Source: Myxococcota bacterium
GTDB taxonomy: Bacteria; Myxococcota_A; UBA9160; JAFDDA01
Length of the DNA: 64,000 nucleotides
Assembly (NCBI GenBank): GCA_965228475.1
Contig: OZ245817.1
Coordinates: forward strand, 2,176,001-2,240,000
Direction: 5' to 3'
A program made the position numbers and the translations under genes. A model generated the notes under the pieces. That model saw only the letters and a program-made list of their open reading frames with translations, did not search any database and was not told the origin of the DNA. This document shows, in pieces, positions 23,448-34,565 of this stretch. How positions within the stretch are numbered: position 1 is the stretch's first letter; the number at the start of each line of letters is the position of its first letter.

Positions 23448-24950
23448 ATGGCGCCCGTGGCCAAGCGGACGGGCCTCCAGGCAGAGGTACTGGTGAGCCT
23501 GGCGCTGGTGATGCTGGCGGCGACCGGCCTGCTGGCCCTGGTCGTTCGAAGCTACGACGAGGGCCGCGTCCGCGAGGTCGTCGGCCGCGCGCTCCAGGCC
23601 GAGGCCCGGAACCCCGCCGGTCCGGACCGGGCGCTCTATCCGGGAACGGTCTGGTGGCGGGTCGATTCGGCCGGCGTGGCCCAGAGCTACGGTCCCGTCA
23701 CCGATCGCATCGACGACGTCTCGCGCCAGCTCGCCGCGGAAGCGAGCGCGCGGCGCGCGACCGTCCTGCGCCCCGGCTACCCGTGGGAGTCCATCCGCTT
23801 CGCCACGGCGTTCGAGGACGGCTCGGTCGCGGTCGCGCGGTTGCCGGTCGAAGCCTCGACCCACCTTCGTGCGGTCCCGATGAACCTCCTCGCCGGCCTG
23901 CTGGCCCTGGACGCCGCCGTGTTCACGGCCTTCGGCGTGTTCCTGCTTCGGCGAAGGGTCGTACTGCCGCTCCAGCGCGTCGGAGAAGCCGCCCGGGCGC
24001 TCGCGGCGGGCGACCTGCGGGTCCGGGTGCCCGAAGAGGGGGCGCGGGAGGCGGGCGAACTCGCGCGGCACTTCAACGAGATGGGCGAGGCGCTCGAGGC
24101 GCGGACGGAAGCGCTCGAGAAGGCGGTGGCGGACCTGCGCTCGGCGAACCACGAGCTCAGCGAGACCCGCGAAGGGCTCGATCGCGCCCAGCGGCTCGCC
24201 TCCGTCGGGCACCTGGCCGCCGGGGTGGCTCACGAGGTCGGCAACCCGATCGGGGCGATGCTCGCCTTCGTGGATCTCGCCGGCCGCGACCCGGGCCTCG
24301 GGGAGGAAGCGCGCGCGCACCTCGCGCGCGCGTCGGAACAGGGCTCACGGGTCCGCGTGATCCTGCGCCAGCTGCTCGACCTCTCGCGGCCGCCCGAGGG
24401 GCGGATCGAGCCGGTCGACCTTCGCGTCTGTGCCGAACAGGCGGCGGGTCTGGTCCGCGCGCAGGCTCCGTATCGCAAGCTCGCGATCGAGGTCCGCCAG
24501 GAGGAGGAGGCCCCGCCGGCGCTCGCGGACGCCGGCGTCGTCGGTCAGATCCTCCTGAACCTGCTGCTGAACGCCGGAGACGAGCTGCGCGAGCGGGGCT
24601 CCGGACGCATCGAGGTTTCCATCGAGCCCGCCGTGGGCCGTGTTCGCGCAGGGGAGGACCCGGCGACGGCCCGGCCCCGCAACCCGGCCGATGCCGTCGC
24701 GGTGACGGTCTCGGACGACGGCCCGGGCATCGCGGAAGACGACCGCAGTCGGGTCTTCGACCCCTTCTTCACGACCAAGGACCCGGGGGAGGGGACGGGT
24801 CTCGGCCTCGCCACGGTGCAGCGCCTCGTCGAGACCCTGGCCGGCCGGGTCGACCTCGTTTCACCCGGCCCGCTCGGCGGCGCGTCGTTCCGCGTCACGC
24901 TCCCGGCGGCATCGGCAGCTCCTGCGCAGGCAGTGCGCGCGAGCGGGTGA
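23448..24950 (+). CDS. HAMP-domain sensor histidine kinase (PilS2-like)
   Basis: Two TMs, HAMP (LARHFNEM), AHEVGNP, DDGPG, FFTTKDPGEGTGLGL. Confidence 0.85.
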   Translation: MAPVAKRTGLQAEVLVSLALVMLAATGLLALVVRSYDEGRVREVVGRALQAEARNPAGPDRALYPGTVWWRVDSAGVAQSYGPVTDRIDDVSRQLAAEASARRATVLRPGYPWESIRFATAFEDGSVAVARLPVEASTHLRAVPMNLLAGLLALDAAVFTAFGVFLLRRRVVLPLQRVGEAARALAAGDLRVRVPEEGAREAGELARHFNEMGEALEARTEALEKAVADLRSANHELSETREGLDRAQRLASVGHLAAGVAHEVGNPIGAMLAFVDLAGRDPGLGEEARAHLARASEQGSRVRVILRQLLDLSRPPEGRIEPVDLRVCAEQAAGLVRAQAPYRKLAIEVRQEEEAPPALADAGVVGQILLNLLLNAGDELRERGSGRIEVSIEPAVGRVRAGEDPATARPRNPADAVAVTVSDDGPGIAEDDRSRVFDPFFTTKDPGEGTGLGLATVQRLVETLAGRVDLVSPGPLGGASFRVTLPAASAAPAQAVRASG

Positions 24951-25047
24951 AACGCCTTGCGTAGCTGCGCAAGGTCTTGCGCGGCTCCGGTCCGGCGCCT
25001 GAATCGAAAAATCAAGGGAATCAGCGGGTTGGCCGAACGAAGTCACG

Positions 25048-25063
25048 TGGCACGAGGCTTGCT
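25048..25063 (+). promoter_or_regulatory. Sigma54 (-24/-12) promoter upstream of fimU
   Basis: TGGCACGAGGCTTGCT matches TGGCAC-N5-TTGCW exactly, 21 nt before the ATG. Confidence 0.8.
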
Positions 25064-25084
25064 CTACCCCACGCCGGAGACGCT

Positions 25085-25765
25085 ATGAAACGGCACGGAT
25101 TCACGCTCTTGGAAATGATGGTGGTGATCGCGATCGTCGCGGCGCTCGTGGTGGTGGGCGCTCCCACGCTCCGCGACGGCTCCCGGCACACGCGGCTGAA
25201 GTCGGCGGCGCGCGACCTGGCGGGGGCGATCCAGATCGCCCGTGCGCAGGCCATCCGCACCCAGGTCAACCACGTCGTCATGTTCGGCACGACGCCCGCG
25301 GGCAACCCGCTTCCCGCGCCCGCGCTGATCCTGCAGGACGCCGACGCGGACGGGGAGATCGACCCCGGCGAACCGGTCACCTTCGTTCCCCAGGACGCGG
25401 GCAACGACTTCCAGGGCCGCCCCCGGACCACGGGCTACGGCATGACTTCGGCCGTGGGCGTTCCGGCGGACGACCCGGACCCGCTCGGTGTGTTCGCGGC
25501 CCCGGGCTTCGCCTACACGACCTTCCGCGCCCCGGCCGGCGCGAACGTGAACCAGCTCGTGTTCATGCCCGACGGCATCCCGCGCACCTACGACGCGGGG
25601 CCGCCCTTCAACGCGGGCGCCGTCGGCTCGGGCAACGGTGCGATCTATCTCACCAACGGAGACCCCAACACCGGCACCTCGGGGCGCGACTACGCGGTCA
25701 TCGTGAGCGCGCTCGGCGCGGTGCGCGTGTCGTCCTGGGATCCGGGGCAAGGAGTCTGGCAATGA
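25085..25765 (+). CDS. fimU: Minor pilin FimU/FimT (GspH-like)
   Basis: Class III signal HG|FTLLEMMVV, ARAQAIR, VFMPDG, C-terminal GAVRV. Confidence 0.85.
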   Translation: MKRHGFTLLEMMVVIAIVAALVVVGAPTLRDGSRHTRLKSAARDLAGAIQIARAQAIRTQVNHVVMFGTTPAGNPLPAPALILQDADADGEIDPGEPVTFVPQDAGNDFQGRPRTTGYGMTSAVGVPADDPDPLGVFAAPGFAYTTFRAPAGANVNQLVFMPDGIPRTYDAGPPFNAGAVGSGNGAIYLTNGDPNTGTSGRDYAVIVSALGAVRVSSWDPGQGVWQ

Positions 25766-26241
25766 GGCGGGGTGACGTGAACGACGCAAAGAAGAAGGGG
25801 CAGGGCGGCATGACGCTGCTCGAGGTCCTGATCGCCGTCACGCTGCTCGCCGTCGGCATGGCCGGGATGATCGGCATCCAGGTCATGGCGATGCGCGACG
25901 AGGCCATCGCGCGTGAGGACAACGACGCGAGCCGGATCGCCCGCGACGTGCTCGAGCAGGTCCAGCGCCTGCCCTTCGCGAGCGTCGCCGCCACGGGCGG
26001 CGCCTTCGCCGTACCGGCTTTCGTGGACTACGGGGGCGCCTACGCGCCGGGCGAGGTCCCGGTCCAGGTGCAGACCGCCGGCGGCGCCGTCGAGGACTTC
26101 GGCCTCTACAACGTCACCTGGCGCGTGGCGAACGTGGTCGGTCAGGCCTCCCTGCGGACGGTCGACGTCCAGGTCGCCTGGACGGATCCGGTCGGCCGGG
26201 CGCAGACCTACACCGCTTCGACCCTGAGGTACAACCAATGA
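25762..26241 (+). CDS. pilV: Minor pilin PilV
   Basis: GG|MTLLEVLIAVTLLAVG; V.V.W motif; position in cluster. Confidence 0.8.
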   Translation: MRRGDVNDAKKKGQGGMTLLEVLIAVTLLAVGMAGMIGIQVMAMRDEAIAREDNDASRIARDVLEQVQRLPFASVAATGGAFAVPAFVDYGGAYAPGEVPVQVQTAGGAVEDFGLYNVTWRVANVVGQASLRTVDVQVAWTDPVGRAQTYTASTLRYNQ

Positions 26242-27230
26242 GCGGCCGCCCGAACCGCCTTCAGGCGGGCTTCACGATCATCGAGTTCATGGTCGCCGTG
26301 GGCCTCTTCTCGGTGCTGATGCTCGCGGTCGCCCAGAGCTTCCCGGTGCAGCAGCGCACCTACGTCGTGACCGATCAGGTCGCCGAAGCGAAGCAGAACG
26401 TGCGCGTGATCGCGGACCTGATGGAGCGCGACATCCGCAACGCCGGCTACATGGTGCCCCGCACGGCGGCGCTGTGCGGCGTCGACGACGACGTCGGGTC
26501 GGACAAGCTCTACGTGAGCGACTACACCCGGATCGGGAACCTCGGGACCCTGCCGTCGAACCTGCTGAACGTGCCCCTCGGCGCCGAGATCTCCGGCGCC
26601 CCGGTTTCGGGCTATACGGCGACCGCCCATACCTTCATGGTCGATCGGGTCGACCTCGACACCCTCGGCGGAGGCTCCGACTTCGTGGTGGGGAGCGGCG
26701 TCATCGTGGCAGACCGCAACGTCGCGACCCGAGGGGTCGCTTGTGGGATGGTCACCGGCGTGGGGAACACGTCGCTCGCGAGCATCCCCGTAACCGTTGA
26801 GCTCGAGAATCCGACAGGGGCGCTTGCCAGCGGAACCCAGCTCGTGTTGATCCCGGCCGTTGTGTACGAAGTCGACAACAACGGCGTGCTGCTCCGCAAC
26901 GGCGTGGCCCTCGTCGACCAGGTGGAGGATCTCCAGGTCGCCTGGTTCTTCGACCTGAACGGCGACCGCAACGTCGACCCGGGCGAGTACATCGCAGACG
27001 GGCAGGGCGGCGCCGACGACTACGACGCCGAGGCCCTCGATGCGACCCAGCTCCGCGAGGTGCGCATCAACCTCGTCGTCCGCACGCGGGACGACGACCC
27101 GAACGACAGCTGGCGCCAGGGCATCGGCCAGGCGCTCGAGAACCGCACCGTCGGTTCGGTGCCCGCCGCCGACGGCGCGCGCCGGCGCACCCACACTTCC
27201 ACCATCCGCTTGCGGAACAACGTGAGCTAG
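26238..27230 (+). CDS. pilW: Minor pilin PilW
   Basis: AG|FTIIEFMVA, DIRNAGY, VEDLQV, C-terminal IRLRN. Confidence 0.85.
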   Translation: MSGRPNRLQAGFTIIEFMVAVGLFSVLMLAVAQSFPVQQRTYVVTDQVAEAKQNVRVIADLMERDIRNAGYMVPRTAALCGVDDDVGSDKLYVSDYTRIGNLGTLPSNLLNVPLGAEISGAPVSGYTATAHTFMVDRVDLDTLGGGSDFVVGSGVIVADRNVATRGVACGMVTGVGNTSLASIPVTVELENPTGALASGTQLVLIPAVVYEVDNNGVLLRNGVALVDQVEDLQVAWFFDLNGDRNVDPGEYIADGQGGADDYDAEALDATQLREVRINLVVRTRDDDPNDSWRQGIGQALENRTVGSVPAADGARRRTHTSTIRLRNNVS

Positions 27231-27236
27231 GGGGCC

Positions 27237-27797
27237 GTGATGACCCATCTCCACCACACGACGCAGAAGGACCGGAACCGCCGCGAAGGCGGCATCGCGC
27301 TCCTGATCGCCATCCTGCTGATGGTGCTCTTCGCCGCGATGGCCGTCGCCTCGATGGATACGGTCAAGCGCGACCGTCAGCTCGCCGGCATCCACAGCCA
27401 GTCCCACCTGGCCTTCCAGGCGGCCGAGGCGGGCGTGGCGGCGGGTCTCGCGACGCTGCGCAACCCGCCCTCCACCTGGCCGAGCTCGGTCGCCGGGCTC
27501 GCGGCCTTCAACCCGCCGCTCCCGAACATCGCGCTCGGCAGCTCCTACGAGTACCCCCACGGCCAGCCGAGCTACGTGCCGGACCCGACGGCGGGGCAGG
27601 CGATCGACTACCTCGGCGTGGGCGGCCCCTGTGACGAGTGGGAAGCGAGCACGAACGTCCAGAACATCGGCGGCTCGGGCGGGATCACCGTCCTCGAGAC
27701 GCTCTTCGACATCCAGGTCCAGGGCCAGACCCAGACCGGGGCACGGGCCAACGTCGAGGCTGCCGCCGCCCGCTGTCACGTGTTCGAGCAGGGCTAG
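27237..27797 (+). CDS. pilX: Minor pilin PilX
   Basis: GG|IALLIAIL (no Glu5, as in PilX) and AFQAAEAG motif. Confidence 0.85.
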   Translation: MMTHLHHTTQKDRNRREGGIALLIAILLMVLFAAMAVASMDTVKRDRQLAGIHSQSHLAFQAAEAGVAAGLATLRNPPSTWPSSVAGLAAFNPPLPNIALGSSYEYPHGQPSYVPDPTAGQAIDYLGVGGPCDEWEASTNVQNIGGSGGITVLETLFDIQVQGQTQTGARANVEAAAARCHVFEQG

Positions 27798-27851
27798 GGA
27801 AGCCCCGAAACGAGACCCATGACCCTGCCTTCGGATTCAAAGGAGAACGCC

Positions 27852-30800
27852 ATGAATCGCCAGCGCACCCCCTACAAGAATCAGATCGTGATTCTCGTTG
27901 CGGCCCTCGGGCTGCTCGCGCCGGGAACGAGCCAGGCCGACGATACGGTCCTGTTCAGCGCCGCCGTGGCGCCGAACGTGCTGCTGCACGTCGACAACTC
28001 CGGTTCGATGAATCACATCGTGTGGCACGAGGCCTACGACCCGTCCCAGGCGGTGACGTGTACGCGCTACAACAACACGGGTAGCTACTCGGTGAGCTCG
28101 GACACCGTGGTCAACAACGGGGGCTGGACCGGCTGCAACGCGGGCAACCAGACGATCTACGAAGATCCGTCGATCCCGAACAATACCCGCTACACCGGCC
28201 ACTACCTGAACTGGTACTACAGCCCGGTCAGCGTGCCGTTCCACACCGAGATCGCGCAGATGAACAACGGCACGCGGTCGACGTGCCTGGGCGGCGGGAA
28301 CTTCTCGCTCTACCGCCGCTCCCGCGTGACGGCTGCCAAGCAGATCCTCTCGGACGTGATCTGCCAGGTGAACCAGAACGGCGAGGTCCGCTTCGGCCTC
28401 TCGAAGTTCCGGCTCGGCAGCGACCCCCGCGGCGGCTACGTCCGCGTGGGCGTGGACGACTACTCGACCGCCCACGGCGTGGCCCTGGCGAACGCCATCG
28501 ACGAGCTCGAGGGCGAGACCTGGACCCCGCTCGGGGAGTCGGTCTACCAGATCTACTCGTACTTCCTCTCCCGGAACACCGCGGACATTCCGAACGGCCA
28601 GAACGGCACCACGGCCTTCCGCGAGTACAGCTTCGACACCAGCGGAAACAAGGTGACGCCCGGTGCCTCGTCGATTCCGGACGACCCGGTCCAGTACTCC
28701 TGCCAGAAGAACTTCGTCATCGTCATCACGGACGGCGAGCCCACGCGCGACGACTTCGACAACGGCGGCGGAGGGGGCACCGACTGGGGCTTCGAGCGCT
28801 TCATGCAGGTCATCGGCGACTACAACATGGACGGCGAGGTCGAAGTGCCGGGCGGCTGCTCCGAGTGCGCCTTCTATCTCGACGACATCGCGAAGTGGAT
28901 GCAGGAAAACGACATGCGTCCGGATCTCGACGGGGACCAGGTGATCGACACCTATACGGTGGGCTTCACCACCAACGCCGTGGCGAACGCCCTGCTCTCG
29001 AAGGCGGCGCAGAACGGCAACGGCCTGTTCTTCCAGAGCAACAACGCCGAGGAGCTGACCGAGGCGATCGTCGAGTCGGTCACGGACATCATCCAGAAGT
29101 CGCAGTCCTTCACGGCCGCGACCGTGCCGGCGAGCCGGACGACGGACGGCAACGACATCTTCTTCAGCTCCTTCGTCCCCTCGGACGACGCGGGCTTCTG
29201 GGAAGGCCACCTGAAGAACTACGAGTTCACCCTGGACGGCCGCATCCTCGATGCCAACGGCGACTGCGCCCTGGACGATCCGTCGGGCGACTGCCTGTTC
29301 GGCACGCTCCTTCCGACGGCCCCGCCGATCTTCGACGCGGCCGAGGAGATCGGGGACCCGGCGACGCGAAACCTCATGGTCTCGCTCGGCGGCGCGCTCA
29401 CGACCTTCGGAACGGGCCTCTCGGCGGCCGACCTGAACGTGGTCGACGACGAGATGGACGGCCCGGCGGACGAGATCGCGCTCTACGCGGACAGCAACGC
29501 CACGACCCTCGAGGAGCTCGCCGACGAGATCGTCGAGTACTTCACGGGCTGCGCTTTCGGGTCCACGCCCTGTCTGGCGCGGCGTGACCTGGCGCCGCCG
29601 GAGCCGATGCTCGGCGACATCTACCACGCGAACCCCGTGGTGATCGCTCCGCCGAACGCGGCCATCTCGGAACAGTCGTACATCGACTTCGCCACGAAGT
29701 ACCAGGAGCGCACGAAGATCATCTACGGCGGCTCGAACGACGGGTTCCTGCACGCCTTCCAGGCGGGCGCGTGGAACGGCGTCGCGAATGCCTTCGACCG
29801 GGGAACCGGCGAGGAGATCTTCGGCTTCATGCCCTACCAGGCGCGGCTGAACATGCAGCTCCAGCCGCTCGACAACGCCCCGCGCGACGTCTACTTCGTG
29901 GACGGCTCGCCCCAGGCGGCGGACGTCTGGATCCCGAGCACGACCCTGGACACGACCAAGGAGGTCGACGAGTGGCACACGGTGATGGTCGGCGGCATGC
30001 GCCAGGGCGGGACCCAGTACTACGCCCTCGACATCACCAACCCGGACGGACTGGCGGGCGGCCCGGCCTACCCGACGTACCTCTGGGAGTTTCCCTCGGA
30101 GAACCCGGCTCACCCGAACGCGGTCGAAGCGCCGTGGATGGGCGAGACGTGGTCCGAGCCGATCCTCACGCGCGTGAAGATCGGCGTGCCCTCGGGCCCG
30201 TCGACCACGCAGGTGGTCGAGCGCTGGGTGGCGATCTTCGGATCCGGCTTCTCGGTCGAGGGCGACCCGAACGACGACACGAACTACGACCCGAACAGCC
30301 TCGAGGGCCGGGCGCTCTACATCGTCGACATCGGGACCGGTGAGGTGATCGCGGCCAAGCGCTTCGATCCGCTCTCGACCGGCGTGGAAGCGGACCTCGA
30401 CTACGCGTTCCCGTCCGCGCCCTCGGTCTTCGACCTCGACCGAAACGGCGACGCCGACGTGGTCTACATCGGCGACCTCGGTGGGCAGGTCTTCCGCTGG
30501 GTCCTCCAGGGGACGGACCCGTCGGCCTGGGAGCTCGAGAAGGTCCTCCAGGCGGATCCCTTCGACTACACGGTCGCGGGCGTCCCGGAGACCTACTACA
30601 AGAGCTTCTTCTTCCCGCCGACGGGGCTCACGCGCAACGGCGTGCTCTGGCTCGGCATGGGAACGGGTGAGCGTCACCAGCTGAAGTTCGAAGGCGTCGA
30701 CATCGACGGCGACGGCGACCCGGACGTGGACGACGGTGACAACAACCGCTTCTACGTCTTCAGCGACCTGTACCCGGAGCAGGTGGGTGTCGACCCCGCA

Positions 30801-31253
30801 TTGCCGCTGACGGAGGCCGACCTCCTGAACGCGACCAACGCGGACTGCGACACGCCGATCGATCGCGGCTACTACGTGGTGGCCGATCACGCCGAGAAGT
30901 TCGTCACGAGCAGCGTGGTCTTCCTCGGAACGCTCTTCACCGGCTCCTTCGTGCCGATCGACTCGAGCGACCCCTGCGTCGCGGGCGGGTTGGCGTACCT
31001 CTGGCTCTTCCGCTTCAGCTGCGGAGAGGGCGACGGTCCGGGCACGACCGAGAACGAGAAGCGCAAGTCCGAACTCGGAACCGGCCTGCCGACGTCGCCG
31101 CGGATCTCCGTCGGCAACAGCGGCGAGGAAGAGGACGACGAGTGCGAAGAGATGAAGGTGGTGGTGATCACCAGTGAGGGCCAGGTGGCGACCGACTGCG
31201 CCGGGAAGCGCCCGAACTCGGGCACCTACCTGCGCGAGTGGCGCCAGGACTAG
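27852..31253 (+). CDS. pilY1: PilY1 tip adhesin (vWA domain + beta-propeller)
   Basis: Signal peptide, DNSGSM MIDAS, VITDGEPT, LGDIYH, GSNDGFLHAF, YFVDGSP, ALDIT, Ca-loop DLDRNGDAD, YIGDLGGQVFR; AAGGAG RBS. Confidence 0.92.
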   Translation: MNRQRTPYKNQIVILVAALGLLAPGTSQADDTVLFSAAVAPNVLLHVDNSGSMNHIVWHEAYDPSQAVTCTRYNNTGSYSVSSDTVVNNGGWTGCNAGNQTIYEDPSIPNNTRYTGHYLNWYYSPVSVPFHTEIAQMNNGTRSTCLGGGNFSLYRRSRVTAAKQILSDVICQVNQNGEVRFGLSKFRLGSDPRGGYVRVGVDDYSTAHGVALANAIDELEGETWTPLGESVYQIYSYFLSRNTADIPNGQNGTTAFREYSFDTSGNKVTPGASSIPDDPVQYSCQKNFVIVITDGEPTRDDFDNGGGGGTDWGFERFMQVIGDYNMDGEVEVPGGCSECAFYLDDIAKWMQENDMRPDLDGDQVIDTYTVGFTTNAVANALLSKAAQNGNGLFFQSNNAEELTEAIVESVTDIIQKSQSFTAATVPASRTTDGNDIFFSSFVPSDDAGFWEGHLKNYEFTLDGRILDANGDCALDDPSGDCLFGTLLPTAPPIFDAAEEIGDPATRNLMVSLGGALTTFGTGLSAADLNVVDDEMDGPADEIALYADSNATTLEELADEIVEYFTGCAFGSTPCLARRDLAPPEPMLGDIYHANPVVIAPPNAAISEQSYIDFATKYQERTKIIYGGSNDGFLHAFQAGAWNGVANAFDRGTGEEIFGFMPYQARLNMQLQPLDNAPRDVYFVDGSPQAADVWIPSTTLDTTKEVDEWHTVMVGGMRQGGTQYYALDITNPDGLAGGPAYPTYLWEFPSENPAHPNAVEAPWMGETWSEPILTRVKIGVPSGPSTTQVVERWVAIFGSGFSVEGDPNDDTNYDPNSLEGRALYIVDIGTGEVIAAKRFDPLSTGVEADLDYAFPSAPSVFDLDRNGDADVVYIGDLGGQVFRWVLQGTDPSAWELEKVLQADPFDYTVAGVPETYYKSFFFPPTGLTRNGVLWLGMGTGERHQLKFEGVDIDGDGDPDVDDGDNNRFYVFSDLYPEQVGVDPALPLTEADLLNATNADCDTPIDRGYYVVADHAEKFVTSSVVFLGTLFTGSFVPIDSSDPCVAGGLAYLWLFRFSCGEGDGPGTTENEKRKSELGTGLPTSPRISVGNSGEEEDDECEEMKVVVITSEGQVATDCAGKRPNSGTYLREWRQD

Positions 31254-31273
31254 TCCGAGACCACCGAGAACCC

Positions 31274-31304
31274 GGGGCGGGGGGAGAACCCCCGCCCCAT
31301 CTTT
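31274..31304 (+). terminator. Putative intrinsic terminator after pilY1
   Basis: GGGGCGGGGG-GAGAA-CCCCCGCCCC followed by ATCTTT (weak U tract). Confidence 0.5.
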
Positions 31305-31351
31305 CGCGGGAAGGCCCGCCCCGCTCCGGCGGGAAGTTCAGGGAGACCGAC

Positions 31352-31690
31352 ATGAAGAGCATCCGACCCTTCCGATCCGTTCGACTGGCCCTCGTGGCAG
31401 CCGCGGCGCTCTGGACCCTGCAGGGGGGCAGCGTGGCCGCCGAGGATCTGCCGATCGGCGTGGCCTCGAGCAAGAATCTGGTTGAGCGGACCGTGGTGAT
31501 CGACGATCAGACCTTCCAGGTGGAAGGGTCGACCCGGATCGTCGATCGGCAGGGTCTGCCGATGACGTTCGAGCAGGTGAAGACGGAAGAGGACTTCGGG
31601 GGGCTCGTCCCGCTCGATGACGTCACCTACGCCTACGAAGCGAACGGGCGAAGCCTCGGTCTGCTGAAGGCCGTCGTTTCACCGCGCTAG
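31352..31690 (+). CDS. Small secreted protein, possibly PilY2-like
   Basis: 112 aa, signal peptide ending VAA|ED, beta-rich core; directly after pilY1; GGGAG RBS. Confidence 0.6.
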   Translation: MKSIRPFRSVRLALVAAAALWTLQGGSVAAEDLPIGVASSKNLVERTVVIDDQTFQVEGSTRIVDRQGLPMTFEQVKTEEDFGGLVPLDDVTYAYEANGRSLGLLKAVVSPR

Positions 31691-31770
31691 CCGGGCCGTC
31701 GCGCGAACGCCACGGCCATCGAAGCCGCGCCATCGGGCGCGGAGGTCCCGTCTCCCCCCAGGAGAACATC

Positions 31771-32835
31771 ATGCAGCGGTTGCAGCAGATCGGACGCCTC
31801 GGAATCCTGGGGGCCTTCGCCGTCACCAGTGCCCTGGCCGGGTCGGGATGCGGGAGCGACGAAGTCGCGCCGCCCCCGGTCGCCGAAGCCGAGGTCGAGG
31901 CGGAGGACGAGGGCGAGTGGGAAGAGAACACCGTGCCGGTGATCTCGTGGGTTCGTCTCGAGCCCGACACGCCCGCCGCGGGCGCCAGCGTCAAGGCGCG
32001 CGCTCGGGTCGAGGACCCCGACGGGGACGAGATCGAGCTCGGCTACGCGTGGACGCTGAACGGGCGGCCCGCCCGGACCTCCGGCGACACGCTCCAGCTC
32101 TCGAGCGCGATCAAGGGCGACATCGTCCAGGTCACGGTCACCGCCAGCGACGGCTGGGACGAGAGCGACCCGGTGACGACCCAGGCGCAGATCGGGAACT
32201 CGCCGCCGGTGCTCCAGAACGTCGCCTTCGACCCGCTCGGCTCGATCACGCGCGGGCAGCCGGTGACGGCTCGTCCGATCGCGATCGATCCCAACGGTGA
32301 CCCGCTCGAGTACGAGTTCGTCTGGTGGGTGAACGACCGCGAGCTCCCGAGCCGCACCGACCAGCTCGACACCTCCCGCCTGAAGCGCGGGGACATGGTG
32401 CGGGTCGCCGTCGTCGCGACGGACGGCTACGCCCGGAGCAACGAGATCCGCAGCGAGCCGATCCCGGTCCAGAACTCGGCGCCGCAGATCACCTCGACGC
32501 CGGCGAACAGCGGGCCCGAGGGCAGCTACGTCTATCAGGTCGAGGCCCAGGACCCCGATGGGGACCGCCGCCTCCGCTTCCGCCTCGAGCAGGCGCCGGC
32601 CGGGATGACCATCGACCCGATCGGCGGGCAGCTCTCGTGGACGCCCCCGAGCGATGCGACCGGAACGCACACGATCGAGGTCGTTGTCGACGACATGCAG
32701 GGAGGCGTGGGCAGCCAGCGCTTCAGCGTCGTGATCGGCGATCCGGCGCCCGAGGAGCCCGCTCCGGGCGCGCCCGGAGCGACGCCGGCCGCCGGGGAAG
32801 CGCCGGCACCGGCTTCGCCGACGGAAGACCGCTAG
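31771..32835 (+). CDS. Lipoprotein with three Ig/cadherin-like domains
   Basis: Lipobox-like LAGSG|C; three N..P-I...DP[DN]GD modules; the last has GMTIDPIGGQLSWTP. Confidence 0.8.
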   Translation: MQRLQQIGRLGILGAFAVTSALAGSGCGSDEVAPPPVAEAEVEAEDEGEWEENTVPVISWVRLEPDTPAAGASVKARARVEDPDGDEIELGYAWTLNGRPARTSGDTLQLSSAIKGDIVQVTVTASDGWDESDPVTTQAQIGNSPPVLQNVAFDPLGSITRGQPVTARPIAIDPNGDPLEYEFVWWVNDRELPSRTDQLDTSRLKRGDMVRVAVVATDGYARSNEIRSEPIPVQNSAPQITSTPANSGPEGSYVYQVEAQDPDGDRRLRFRLEQAPAGMTIDPIGGQLSWTPPSDATGTHTIEVVVDDMQGGVGSQRFSVVIGDPAPEEPAPGAPGATPAAGEAPAPASPTEDR

Positions 32836-32861
32836 CTCGGACGGCCGGTCGGGGACACACG

Positions 32862-32901
32862 ACCCCCGGGCTCGCACGGCGAGCTCGGGGGTTTTCTCTT
32901 T
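32862..32901 (+). terminator. Intrinsic terminator
   Basis: ACCCCCGGGCTCGC-ACG-GCGAGCTCGGGGGT followed by TTTCTCTTT, between convergent genes. Confidence 0.75.
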
Positions 32902-32927
32902 CGGACCCTCGGCGCCGCGAGACGGCG

Positions 32928-34286
<1,359 letters not shown>

Positions 34287-34565
34287 GGTTCTCTATCGGC
34301 CGGGGAGGCGCTCGTCGTGAGCCGGGCGGGGCGGGAAACGCACACCCCCGAGGCCGGCCCGGGAGCCGTTCTCCTGCGCGCCGGAGGACCCCCTGGTTGC
34401 CGGTCGGCTGCCCTGGAACTGCCCGTCACGGAAGCCAAAAGAGACTCAATGCGGGGGTAGCCGACGCCTCAAGTCCCCGGAATGGCGAACCGATGGGTTT
34501 CTCACAGTTCGGACCCAAGCAACCAGCGCCACACCCCCCCTCCCAGGCGCGAACAGGAGGGGACC

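Noticed and set aside
27837..30890. Long antisense ORFs here and opposite pilB, pilT/C, pilQ and the SgmX-like gene
   Set aside because: Expected stop-poor shadow frames of high-GC coding strands; no recognisable motifs.
34290..34565. Possible GEMM-I (c-di-GMP/cGAMP) riboswitch before the XRE-pilM operon
   Set aside because: Only a GCGGGGGTAGCCG fragment resembles the 3' end; the P2 GNRA hairpin and GCAAA junction are not visible. An Rfam cmscan would be decisive.
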